Notes: generated by a model from the letters alone, not told the origin. 64,000 nucleotides of DNA from Betaproteobacteria bacterium (GCA_040007035.1 JBDTVU010000004.1:3232-67231), one strand, 5' to 3'; numbered from the stretch's first letter, positions 18,763 to 31,144 are shown. Made by a program: numbers and translations.

Positions 18763-21642
18763 ATGTCCAAGTCGCTGATCATCGCCGAAAAGCCGTCCGT
18801 CGCCGCCGACATCGCGCGCGTGCTGGGCGGCTTCACGCGCCACGACGACTATTTCGAGAGCGATCGCTACGTGCTGTCGTCGGCCGTCGGCCACCTGCTC
18901 GAGATCGGGATGCCCGAGGAGGAGGAGGTCAAGCGCGGCAAGTGGACGTTCGCCCACCTGCCGGCGATCCCGTCGAAATTCGCGCTGAAGCCGATCGAGA
19001 AGAACGAGAACCGGCTGAAGACGCTGCTGAAGCTCATCAAGCGCAAGGACGTCGGCGCTCTCGTCAACGCCTGCGACGCGGGCCGCGAGGGCGAACTCAT
19101 CTTCCGCTACATCGTCCAGTACGCGAAGGCAGCGAAGCCGGTGTCGCGGCTGTGGCTGCAGTCGATGACGCCGGCGGCGATCCGCGACGGCTTCGCGAAA
19201 CTCCGCAGCGACGCCGAGATGCGGCCGCTGGCCGACGCCGCCGTCTGCCGCTCCGAGTCCGACTGGCTTGTCGGCATCAACGGCACGCGGGCGATGACGG
19301 CGTTCAACTCGAAGTCCGGCGGCTTCCAGCTCACCACCGTGGGTCGAGTGCAGACGCCCACACTCGCGATCATGGTCGAGCGCGAGGAGAAGATCCGCGC
19401 GTTCGTCCCGCGCAACTACTGGGAAGTGCAGGGCACGTTCCGCGCGAGCGGCGGCGAGTACCCGGGCCGCTGGTTCGACGAGAAGTGGAAGAAGAAGGAC
19501 GACGACCCCGACGCCCGCGCCGAGCGGCTGTGGGACGAGGCAAGGGCGCGCGCGCTGGCGGCGAAATGCGCCGGGCAGCCCGGCGTGGTCACCGAGGAAT
19601 CGAAGCCGTCGACGCAGGGACCGCCGCTGCTCTACGACCTCACGAGCCTGCAGCGCGAGGCCAACGGGCGGTTCGGCCTGTCGGCGCGCACGACGCTGTC
19701 ACTGGCGCAATCGCTCTACGAGAAGCACAAGGCGCTGACCTATCCGCGGACCGACTCGCGGGCGCTGCCGGAAGACTACGTGGCGACCGTCGTCGCGACG
19801 ATGGAGGCGCTGAAGGAGTCCACCGCGTACAGCGTGCTGGCGGCGCGAGTGCTGAAGCAGAAGTGGGTGAAGCCGAACCCGCGGATATTCGACAACGCGA
19901 AGATCTCGGACCACTTCGCGATCATCCCGACGCTGGTCCAGCCGAAGCACCTGAACGAGCTCGAGGCCAAGCTCTACGATTTCGTCGTCAAGCGCTTTCT
20001 CGCCGCGTTCTACCCGGCCGCCGAGTTCACGGTGACCACGCGCATCACCCGGGTCGCCGGCGAGCCGTTCAAGTCCGAAGGCCGTGTGCTGGTCAATCCC
20101 GGCTGGCTCGCCGTGTACGGCAAGGAAGCGCAGGGCGAACAGGGCACACTGGCCGCGGTCGCGCCCGGGGAGAAGGTCGCCACCGAGAAGGTCGACGTCG
20201 TCGCTGCGACCACGCGAGCGCCGCCGCGGCTCAACGAAGCGACGCTGCTCTCGGCGATGGAGGGCGCCGGCAAGCTGATCGACGACGAGGAGCTGCGCGA
20301 GGCGATGCGCGAGAAGGGACTCGGCACGCCGGCAACCCGCGCGCAGATCATCGAGGGGCTGATCAGCGAGAAGTACATTTACCGCGACGGCAAGGAGCTG
20401 GTGCCCACCGCGAAGGCGTTTTCGCTGATGACGCTGCTGCACGGCCTCGGCGTGCCTGAGCTCTTCTCGCCCGAGCTCACCGCCGAGTGGGAGTTCAAGC
20501 TCGCGCAGATGGAGCACGGCAAGCTCAAGCGTGAGACGTTCATGCGCGAAATCGTCCGCATGACCGAGCACATCGTGGGGCAGGCGAAGGGCTACAGCAG
20601 CGATACGATTCCCGGCGACTTCGGCACGCTGTCGGCGCGCTGCCCGAAGTGCGGCGGCGAAGTCCACGAGAACTACAAGAAGTTCCAGTGCCAGGCCTGC
20701 GAGTTCGGCTTCTGGAAGATCATGGGCGGCCGCCAGCTCGAGGTGGCCGAGGCCGACACGCTGCTGCGCGATCGCCTGGTCGGCCCGCTCGAGGGCTTCC
20801 GCAGCCGCCTCGGGCGGCCGTTCACCGCGTCGATCAAGCTCACCGACGCCCACGAGGTCACGTTCGATTTCGACGGCGGCGCCGGTGACGACGGCGCCGA
20901 GGCGCCCGACTTCAGCGGCCAGGAGTCTCTCGGCGCCTGCCCGAAGTGCGCGTCCCGGGTGTTCGAAATGCCGCAGGCCTATGTCTGCGAGAAAGCCGTC
21001 GGCCCCGACAAGACCTGCGATTTCCGCTCCGGCCGCGTGATCCTGCAGCGTCCGATCGAGCGGGTGCAGGTGCAAAAGCTGCTCGCGACCGGCAAGACCG
21101 ATCTGCTGCAGTTCGTCTCGGCGCGGACGCGGCGTCCGTTCTCGGCGTTCCTCGCAAGGCAGGGGGACGGCAAGATCGGCTTCGAGTTCGAGGCCAAGGA
21201 CGGCGCGAAAGGCAAGGGGGTCCGCGGCCCCGCCGCGCTGCGCGTGCTGGGCGCGCACCCGGAGGACGGCAAGCCGGTCGAGCTCCACACGGGCCGCTAC
21301 GGCCCCTACGTCAAGCACGGCGACGTCAACGCGACGCTGCCTGATCGCGACAAGGTCGACGCGGTGACGCTCGACGAGGCGCTCGTCCTGCTCGCGGCGA
21401 AGGCCGAGCAGGGCGGCGGCAAGCGCGCGAAGCCCGCACGCGCACGCGCCGCGCGGGAACCGAAAGCGGCCGAGCCCGCCGCCTATGCGCCGACCGGCAC
21501 CGGGCGGCGCAAGACGGCGACGGCGAAAGCGGCACCCGCCGCGCCCGCCGCCAAAGCGCCCCCGAAAGCGCGGCCGCGCGGTGGCGCTGCGGTCGCTGCG
21601 ACACCCGCCGCGAAGAAGAAACGTCGCCCCGCGGCGACGTGA
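18763..21642 (+). CDS. topB: Type IA DNA topoisomerase (topoisomerase III-like N-terminus)
   Basis: Toprim LIIAEKPSVA, GHLLE, and active-site Tyr motif LTYPRTDS. Two C4 zinc ribbons (CPKCGGEV...CQAC and CPKCASRV...C..C). A GRYGPYVKHG C-terminal repeat and a Lys/Ala/Pro-rich tail. Confidence 0.8.
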   Translation: MSKSLIIAEKPSVAADIARVLGGFTRHDDYFESDRYVLSSAVGHLLEIGMPEEEEVKRGKWTFAHLPAIPSKFALKPIEKNENRLKTLLKLIKRKDVGALVNACDAGREGELIFRYIVQYAKAAKPVSRLWLQSMTPAAIRDGFAKLRSDAEMRPLADAAVCRSESDWLVGINGTRAMTAFNSKSGGFQLTTVGRVQTPTLAIMVEREEKIRAFVPRNYWEVQGTFRASGGEYPGRWFDEKWKKKDDDPDARAERLWDEARARALAAKCAGQPGVVTEESKPSTQGPPLLYDLTSLQREANGRFGLSARTTLSLAQSLYEKHKALTYPRTDSRALPEDYVATVVATMEALKESTAYSVLAARVLKQKWVKPNPRIFDNAKISDHFAIIPTLVQPKHLNELEAKLYDFVVKRFLAAFYPAAEFTVTTRITRVAGEPFKSEGRVLVNPGWLAVYGKEAQGEQGTLAAVAPGEKVATEKVDVVAATTRAPPRLNEATLLSAMEGAGKLIDDEELREAMREKGLGTPATRAQIIEGLISEKYIYRDGKELVPTAKAFSLMTLLHGLGVPELFSPELTAEWEFKLAQMEHGKLKRETFMREIVRMTEHIVGQAKGYSSDTIPGDFGTLSARCPKCGGEVHENYKKFQCQACEFGFWKIMGGRQLEVAEADTLLRDRLVGPLEGFRSRLGRPFTASIKLTDAHEVTFDFDGGAGDDGAEAPDFSGQESLGACPKCASRVFEMPQAYVCEKAVGPDKTCDFRSGRVILQRPIERVQVQKLLATGKTDLLQFVSARTRRPFSAFLARQGDGKIGFEFEAKDGAKGKGVRGPAALRVLGAHPEDGKPVELHTGRYGPYVKHGDVNATLPDRDKVDAVTLDEALVLLAAKAEQGGGKRAKPARARAAREPKAAEPAAYAPTGTGRRKTATAKAAPAAPAAKAPPKARPRGGAAVAATPAAKKKRRPAAT

Positions 21643-21926
21643 CCGCCGTCCGCGTCGACGTCGAGATACGTCTGCGCGGCGATGTATTCGTCGTTGACGA
21701 ATTTCCGCGGGTGCACGCGATGGTCGGGCTCCGCGTACAGGACGTCGGGGTGCGCGGCGAGCGCCTGCGCGAACGTGCGTGCCGCGTCGCCGCCCATCGG
21801 CGCCGGCGGCGCGACCACGTGCGCGCCGACGGCGATCGCCGGCACCGCGGACAGTCCCAGCGCCAGCGCGAGGGCGCGCAGACGCCGGCTGCGCCTGCGC
21901 AGGACCGCAGCGGGAATCCGATTCAC
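21483..21926 (-). CDS. Hypothetical signal-peptide ORF, possibly a gene remnant
   Basis: Reverse GTG at 21926 gives VNRIPAAVLRRRSRRLRALALALGLSAVPAIAVGA, followed by ...AHPDVLYAEPDHRVHPRKFVNDEY, reminiscent of a subtilase propeptide/mature junction. The frame runs 160 nt into the topoisomerase 3' end before a stop, so the real extent is doubtful. Confidence 0.2.
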   Translation of the reverse strand: MNRIPAAVLRRRSRRLRALALALGLSAVPAIAVGAHVVAPPAPMGGDAARTFAQALAAHPDVLYAEPDHRVHPRKFVNDEYIAAQTYLDVDADGGHVAAGRRFFFAAGVAATAAPPRGRAFGGALAAGAAGAAFAVAVLRRPVPVGA

Positions 21927-22103
21927 ATCATGTCCATCGTCGACGAAACCGTGGGGGGCTTCGCTCGCGCCCTGTTTCGCCCGGTCCGAGATTCTACCCA
22001 ACGATGCCCGAGGCGGCGGCCGCCGCCGGGCAGCCGGCCGGAACCATCGGGCTACCGTCGCGCGCAGTCGATCGCCGCCGCGGGCAGCACCGGCCGCGCC
22101 GAC

Positions 22104-23546
22104 TCAGGGCGCGATGTACGCCGTCTTCACCGTCGTGAAGAACTCGGCGGCGTAGCGTCCCTGCTCGCGCGAGCCGTAGCTCGAGCCTTTGCGGCCCCCG
22201 AACGGCACGTGGTAATCGACGCCGGCCGTGGGCAGATTCACCATCACCATCCCCGCCTGCGCGTGCCGCGTGAAATGCGACGCGTGCTTCAGCGACGTGG
22301 TGACGATGCCCGAGCACAGGCCGAATTCGGTGTCGTTGGCGAGCGCCAGCGCCTCGTCGTAGTCCTTCGCGCGAATCACCACCGCCACCGGGCCGAAGAT
22401 CTCCTCGCGCGCGATCCGCATCGCGTTGGTCGCACCGGTGAAGAGCGCCGGTGCGAGGTAGAACCCGTCCTTCGCCCGCTTCACGCGCTCGCCGCCGAAC
22501 GCGAGCGTCGCGCCCTCGTCGCGGCCGATGGCGAGATACTTCAAGTCGGTGTCGAGTTGGCTCTGGTCGACGACGGGGCCGATGTCGGTTCCCGGCGCGA
22601 GCGCATCGTCGACCTTGAGCGAGGCGAGTTTTTCCTTCACCGCGACGACGAATCGGTCGTGGATGCCGGCGGTGACGATCAGCCGCGACGACGCCGTGCA
22701 CCGCTGCCCGGTCGAGAAATATGCGCCTTGGACCGCGCAGTTGACCGCCGTCAGAAGATCCGCGTCGTCGAGCACGACCAGCGGGTTCTTGCCGCCCATC
22801 TCGAGCTGTACCTTCGCCATCCGGCCGACGGCTTTCGCGGCGATCGCGCGGCCGGTCTCGACCGACCCGGTGAAGCTGATCGCGGCGACGTCGGGGTGCG
22901 TGACCAGCGTCTCGCCGACCACCGAGCCGCGGCCCATGACCAGGTTGAACACGCCTCCCGGCAGCCCGGCCTTGGCCAGGATTTCCGCCAGCGCCCACGC
23001 GCATCCGGGGACCAGATCGGCGGGCTTCATCACGACGGTGTTGCCGTACGCGAGCGCCGGCGCGATCTTCCACGCCGGGATCGCGATCGGGAAATTCCAC
23101 GGCGTGATCAGGCCGACGACGCCGATCGGCTCGCGCGTCACCTCGACGTCGACGCCCGGCCGTACCGACGGCAGCTTCTCCCCGGCGAGACGCAGCACCT
23201 CGCCGGCGAAGAATTTGAAGATGTGGCCCGCGCGCGCCGCCTCGCCGACGCCTTCCGGCAGCGTCTTGCCTTCCTCGCGCGCGAGCAGGCGGCCGAGCTC
23301 GTCCTTGCGCGCCAGGATCTCGGTGCCGGCGCGATCGAGGATGCTCGACCGCTCCTGGATCGATCCCGTCGCCCACGCCGGGAACGCCTGCTTCGCTGCG
23401 GCGATCGCGGCGCGCGCCTGCGCCGCGTCGGCCTGCGCGTATTCGCCGATGACGTCGGTCGTGTCGGACGGGTTGCGGTTCTGCGTCGTCGTGGCACCGG
23501 CGACCCAGTCGCCGCCGATGTAGTTGCGATGCGTGGAAGTGGTCAT
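22104..23546 (-). CDS. NAD(P)+ aldehyde dehydrogenase, 2-oxoglutarate-semialdehyde dehydrogenase-like
   Basis: ALDH motifs QLEMGGKNP, catalytic Cys GQRCTASSR and EEIFGPV. The substrate call is inferred from the N-terminus and the adjacent FAH-family dehydratase. Confidence 0.7.
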   Translation of the reverse strand: MTTSTHRNYIGGDWVAGATTTQNRNPSDTTDVIGEYAQADAAQARAAIAAAKQAFPAWATGSIQERSSILDRAGTEILARKDELGRLLAREEGKTLPEGVGEAARAGHIFKFFAGEVLRLAGEKLPSVRPGVDVEVTREPIGVVGLITPWNFPIAIPAWKIAPALAYGNTVVMKPADLVPGCAWALAEILAKAGLPGGVFNLVMGRGSVVGETLVTHPDVAAISFTGSVETGRAIAAKAVGRMAKVQLEMGGKNPLVVLDDADLLTAVNCAVQGAYFSTGQRCTASSRLIVTAGIHDRFVVAVKEKLASLKVDDALAPGTDIGPVVDQSQLDTDLKYLAIGRDEGATLAFGGERVKRAKDGFYLAPALFTGATNAMRIAREEIFGPVAVVIRAKDYDEALALANDTEFGLCSGIVTTSLKHASHFTRHAQAGMVMVNLPTAGVDYHVPFGGRKGSSYGSREQGRYAAEFFTTVKTAYIAP

Positions 23547-23579
23547 GGCCTTCGTGCCTCGAAAAAAGTGCGCAGCGCG

Positions 23580-24758
23580 CTACAGCAACCCGCGCTGCGC
23601 GAGGTTGCGCATCAGTGCGCCCGTGCCGAACGTCCACGGCGCGATGCGATTGGTGCGGTCGACGCGATTGATGATCGCGCCGAGCCGCGGCGTGCGCACG
23701 GTGACGACGTCGCCGACGACGTGGGTGAAGCCCTGGCCCGGCGCGTGGCGGTCCTTCGTCGGCGCGAACATCGTGCCGAGGAACAGCATGAACCCGTCCG
23801 GGTACTGGTGATTGGCGCCGATCGCCTGCGCCACGAGGTCCAGCGGGTCGCGGCTGATCTTCGCCATCGACGATGCGCCGTCGAGCACGAAGCCGTCGGG
23901 CCCGTCGACGCGCATCGCGAGCTCGCAGCCGCGGACGTCGTCGATGCCGAACCGCCCGTCGAACAGCCGGACGAAGGGGCCGATCGCGCACGACGCGTTG
24001 TTGTCCTTCGCCTTGCCGAGCAGGAGCGCGCTTCGGCCCTCGAAGTCGCGCAGGTTGACGTCGTTGCCGAGCGTCGCGCCGACGGTGGTGCCTCGGCTGT
24101 TCACCGCGAGCACGATTTCCGGTTCCGGATTGTTCCAGTCGGATCCCGGATGGAGACCGACGTCGGCGCCCGACCCAACCGCCGACATCGGCTGCGACTT
24201 GGTGAAGATCTCGGCGTCCGGCCCGATGCCGACTTCGAGATACTGCGACCACACGTTCTCGGCGATGAGCACGGCCTTCAGCCGCGCGGCCTCGGGCGAT
24301 CCGGGCCGGATCGCCGACAGGTTGTCGCCGATCACCGCGACGATCGAGCTGCGCACGCTGGCGGCCTTGCCCGCATCGCCACGCGCCTGCTCCTCGATCA
24401 CCCGCTCCAGCATGCTGGCGACGAAGGTGACGCCGGCGGCCTTGATCGCCTGCAGGTCGCAGGGCGCGAGCAGCCAGGGCTCGTTGGCGTCGCGGTCGCG
24501 TTCCGACGAATTCGCGAAGGCGGCGGGAAGCGCGGCGACCCGCGGCAACTCGCCGGCGCCGCGGATCGCCGCCACGGGATCGTCCTGCTCCAGCAGGTCG
24601 CGCATCGTCGGCGCGACGCGCGACAGGTCGACGAGGTCGTCACCGCGGATCTGCACCAGCACCGGACCCGCGACCGCCGGCGACCACAGCCGGCCGACCA
24701 GCATCGCCTGCGCACGATCGACGGGCAGGCAGGCCTCCGGGGTGAGGCGGGATTTCAT
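23580..24758 (-). CDS. Fumarylacetoacetate-hydrolase-family protein, XylX-like 2-keto-3-deoxypentonate dehydratase candidate
   Basis: A 392-aa long-form FAH protein. Its N-terminus (...LVGRLW...PVLVQIRGDDLVDLSRVAPTMRDL) recalls Caulobacter XylX. It lies directly upstream of the ALDH on the same strand. Confidence 0.6.
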   Translation of the reverse strand: MKSRLTPEACLPVDRAQAMLVGRLWSPAVAGPVLVQIRGDDLVDLSRVAPTMRDLLEQDDPVAAIRGAGELPRVAALPAAFANSSERDRDANEPWLLAPCDLQAIKAAGVTFVASMLERVIEEQARGDAGKAASVRSSIVAVIGDNLSAIRPGSPEAARLKAVLIAENVWSQYLEVGIGPDAEIFTKSQPMSAVGSGADVGLHPGSDWNNPEPEIVLAVNSRGTTVGATLGNDVNLRDFEGRSALLLGKAKDNNASCAIGPFVRLFDGRFGIDDVRGCELAMRVDGPDGFVLDGASSMAKISRDPLDLVAQAIGANHQYPDGFMLFLGTMFAPTKDRHAPGQGFTHVVGDVVTVRTPRLGAIINRVDRTNRIAPWTFGTGALMRNLAQRGLL

Positions 24759-24827
24759 TGGCGGATCGAGTTGCCGGTGCCGAGTGTAACGCGCCGCAGG
24801 ATCAGGCGCGAACGCTATCGGTCGCCG

Positions 24828-28446
<3,619 letters not shown>

Positions 28447-28541
28447 TGTTTAAACCGTATAACAGCTAACAGGAGCCGGCCGGGATCCGGTACAACTCGA
28501 AAAGGCCGTTTGCCATCAGCGGGTTGAAGACGATTGGACCT

Positions 28542-28550
28542 TGTGGACAA
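28542..28550 (-). promoter_or_regulatory. DnaA-box-like 9-mer (8/9) in the dnaA-dnaN spacer
   Basis: Plus strand TGTGGACAA is TTGTCCACA on the reverse strand, one mismatch from TTATCCACA. Confidence 0.4.
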
Positions 28551-28620
28551 CTCGGGTCGCAGCGGTGGATCGTTTGGGGACTTTTCGCGGCGCCGACGAA
28601 AAGCCCGGACAACTGACATA

Positions 28621-28629
28621 TTATACACG
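28621..28629 (+). promoter_or_regulatory. DnaA-box-like 9-mer (7/9) in the dnaA-dnaN spacer
   Basis: TTATACACG versus TTATCCACA, sitting in an AT-rich patch (ACATATTATACACGCGAAAGTCGCTATTTTCC). Confidence 0.3.
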
Positions 28630-28719
28630 CGAAAGTCGCTATTTTCCAGCCCGGAAAGCGTCGTTCGACGGTGGGAAATGGGGAGCGGCCGTTGCTGCTG
28701 CGCAATGGCCGGAAAACCG

Positions 28720-30087
28720 TCAGTTGCGGAGCACCTGGAGCAGGAAATTGACGTCGTGGTTGAGCTCCGGCACCGATTCGCGCAGTTTTGCGATCTGGCG
28801 GCACGCGTGGAGCACCGTCGTGTGGTCGCGGCCGCCGAAATTGTTGCCGATCTCCGGCAGCGAGAGTTGGGTCAGTTCCTTCGCCAGCGCCATCGCCACC
28901 TGACGCGGCCTGGCGATCGCGCGCGATCGCTTCTTCGAGTGCATGTCCGAGATCCGGATCTTGTAGTAATCGGCGACCGTCTTCTGGATGTTCTCGACCG
29001 AGACCTGCCGGTTCTGCACGGCCAGCAGGTCGCGCAGCGCGTCCTTGGCGACGGCCAGCGTGATCTCCTGGCCGTGAAACGTCGCGTACGCGATGATCCG
29101 TTTCAGCGCGCCCTCGAGTTCGCGCACGTTCGAGCGAATGTGCTTGGCGATGAAGAACGCGACCTGCTCGTCGAGCTTCAATCCCGTCGACGCCGCCTTC
29201 GACAGCAGGATCGCGACCCGCATCTCGAGTTCGGGCGGCTCCAGCGCGACGGTCAGGCCCCAGCCGAAGCGCGAGATCAGCCGCTCCTCCATCCCCGAAA
29301 TCTCCTTCGGGTAGGTGTCGCAGGTGATGACGACCTGCTTGTGAGCCTCGATCAGCGTATTGAAGAGGTAGAAGAATTCCTCCTGCGTCCGGCTCTTGCC
29401 GTTGAAGAACTGGATGTCGTCGATCAGCAGCAGGTCGAGCGATCGGTAGTGGCGCTTGAAATCGTCGAACGCCTTGTGCTGGTAGGCGCGGACGACGTCG
29501 GACACGTAGGTCTCGGCGTGGATGTAGCGGATCTTCGCCGCCGGGTTCGCCGCGAGGATGTGGTTGCCGATCGCCTGGACCAGGTGCGTCTTGCCGAGGC
29601 CGACGCCGCCGTAGACGAACAGCGGGTTGTACGAAGTCGGATGCTCGGCGACCTGGAGGCCCGCGGCCCGCGCGAGCTGGTTCGCCTTGCCGGAGACGAA
29701 CGACGCGAACGTGAACGTCGGGTTGAGGCTGGTCGGATCGTGGCGACGTGGCAACGGGGCGGCCACCGGCGGGACGGTCGGCACGGCGGCGCGCGCGGGC
29801 GCGTCGCCGGCCGGGATCGCCTCGCGCGGGCGGGGCGAATCGGCGGCGGTGACACCGAGCGACAACGGGACCACGCGACCCTCGGCGGCGGCGGCGAGTT
29901 GCCCGATCCGGTCGGCGAAGCGCTCCTTCACCCATTGCAGTACGAAGCGATTCGGCGCCAGCACGCGGTAGCCGTCTCCGGCCGGCTCGACGGCGAGCGG
30001 CTTGATCCAGGTGGCGAATTGCTGTGGGGTAAGTTCGTCGCGAAAGGCGTCGAGGCAACGCTGCCAGAAAATCGGGACGGCGGTCAT
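28720..30087 (-). CDS. dnaA: Chromosomal replication initiator protein DnaA
   Basis: Start [24 protein letters not shown] at reverse ATG 30087. Walker [11 protein letters not shown], Walker B LLIDDIQF and DnaA signature [16 protein letters not shown]. Confidence 0.95.
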   Translation of the reverse strand: MTAVPIFWQRCLDAFRDELTPQQFATWIKPLAVEPAGDGYRVLAPNRFVLQWVKERFADRIGQLAAAAEGRVVPLSLGVTAADSPRPREAIPAGDAPARAAVPTVPPVAAPLPRRHDPTSLNPTFTFASFVSGKANQLARAAGLQVAEHPTSYNPLFVYGGVGLGKTHLVQAIGNHILAANPAAKIRYIHAETYVSDVVRAYQHKAFDDFKRHYRSLDLLLIDDIQFFNGKSRTQEEFFYLFNTLIEAHKQVVITCDTYPKEISGMEERLISRFGWGLTVALEPPELEMRVAILLSKAASTGLKLDEQVAFFIAKHIRSNVRELEGALKRIIAYATFHGQEITLAVAKDALRDLLAVQNRQVSVENIQKTVADYYKIRISDMHSKKRSRAIARPRQVAMALAKELTQLSLPEIGNNFGGRDHTTVLHACRQIAKLRESVPELNHDVNFLLQVLRN

Positions 30088-30290
30088 GCGGAAAGTGATC
30101 CTTGGCGGCGGTGGGACGCTTCGGCGGGCAGGCCCCAAGCGGGAGAAAAGCGCTACCCGTGGCTGCGCGCGGGGCGGCGGGTCATCGAAGCGAGAGTCGC
30201 GATCCGGCCGGCACGTACGACAACCGGCTTGCGGTCGGGCGGCGGGCGGCAATCCCCTGTTGGGGTCGATTGTAGCGCCCCCTCGCCAAG

Positions 30291-30299
30291 TTATCCACA
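30291..30299 (+). promoter_or_regulatory. Perfect consensus DnaA box
   Basis: TTATCCACA, about 200 nt upstream of the dnaA start in the dnaA / rpmH divergent spacer. Confidence 0.7.
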
Positions 30300-30354
30300 G
30301 GCCGCCCGGAATTGGCGTGGCAAGGGCGTCGCCGTCGATTGCGGCATGGAATCG

Positions 30355-30384
30355 TTGACAAAGGGGGGTTAACGCGTTTAAATA
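30355..30384 (+). promoter_or_regulatory. Sigma70-type promoter candidate for rpmH
   Basis: Perfect -35 TTGACA (30355-30360), followed 17-18 nt later by the AT-rich TTAAATATAAG (-10 candidates TTAAAT / TAAATA). Confidence 0.4.
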
Positions 30385-30393
30385 TAAGGCTTT

Positions 30394-30419
30394 TTCGCCA
30401 CCTCTTCGCCACCTCTTCG
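30394..30419 (+). repeat. 11-nt tandem direct repeat (2.4 copies) in the rpmH leader
   Basis: TTCGCCACCTC TTCGCCACCTC TTCG, read directly. It ends 17 nt before the rpmH ATG. Confidence 0.85.
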
Positions 30420-30435
30420 TTTAAGGCAGCCGATC

Positions 30436-30570
30436 ATGAAACGCACGTACCAGCCTTCCGTCGTCAAGCGCAAGCGGACCCACGGCTTCCGCGCCCGGAT
30501 GAAGTCCGTCGGCGGCCGCAAGGTCCTCTCGGCCCGGCGCGCCAAGGGCCGCGCGCGGCTGGCGCCCTGA
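30436..30570 (+). CDS. rpmH: 50S ribosomal protein L34
   Basis: Not in the ORF track (under 60 aa). My own translation is [48 protein letters not shown] lies 10 nt upstream. Confidence 0.95.
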   Translation: MKRTYQPSVVKRKRTHGFRARMKSVGGRKVLSARRAKGRARLAP

Positions 30571-30938
30571 CCGACGCGCCGACGCCGGGCGGTGGCGCCC
30601 GTCGTTTCCGGCTGACGGGGGCCGGCGCCTACGAGGCGCTGTTCCGCCACGCCCGCCGGCGCGACGGAGATTTCGTCCAACTGCTGTCGATGCCGGCGTC
30701 GCGGGTCCCGGGCCGTGCCGGCTTCGTCCTCGCGCGGAAGGCGTTGCCGCGTGCGGTCGACCGCAACCGGATCCGGCGGCTGTTCCGTGAAGCGCTGCGC
30801 CGCGCGCGCCCCGCGATCGAAGCCCACGACGTGATCCTGCGCCTGAAGCGCGGCTGCCCGCGCACGCAGTTCCGGGCGGTCGGTGCCGAAGCCGGCCGGT
30901 TGCTGGCGGCGCTCGCCGCCGAGACCCCGGCGCGATGA
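30567..30938 (+). CDS. rnpA: RNase P protein component (5' end uncertain)
   Basis: RnpA core ...[14 protein letters not shown]...[30 protein letters not shown]. The stop overlaps the yidD ATG (ATGA). There is no ATG/GTG/TTG between 30339 and the conserved N-terminus. A CTG at 30567 overlapping the rpmH stop is given as the minimal plausible start; alternatives are TTG 30312/30339 or ATG 30690. Confidence 0.7.
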   Translation: MTDAPTPGGGARRFRLTGAGAYEALFRHARRRDGDFVQLLSMPASRVPGRAGFVLARKALPRAVDRNRIRRLFREALRRARPAIEAHDVILRLKRGCPRTQFRAVGAEAGRLLAALAAETPAR

Positions 30939-31144
30939 AGGCGGTGCTGCTGGCGCTGATCCGCGCCTACCAATATCTGCTGCGGCCGCTGCTCGGCGCC
31001 AATTGCCGCTTCTATCCAAGCTGTTCCGAATACGCCCGCGAGGCGATCGGCAAGCACGGCGCGCTGCGCGGCACATGGCTCGCGGTGCGCCGCATTTCAC
31101 GCTGTCACCCGTATCATCCGGGTGGCTACGACCCGGTACCCTGA
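30935..31144 (+). CDS. yidD: Membrane protein insertion efficiency factor YidD
   Basis: [15 protein letters not shown]...[13 protein letters not shown], 69 aa. Confidence 0.9.
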   Translation: MKAVLLALIRAYQYLLRPLLGANCRFYPSCSEYAREAIGKHGALRGTWLAVRRISRCHPYHPGGYDPVP

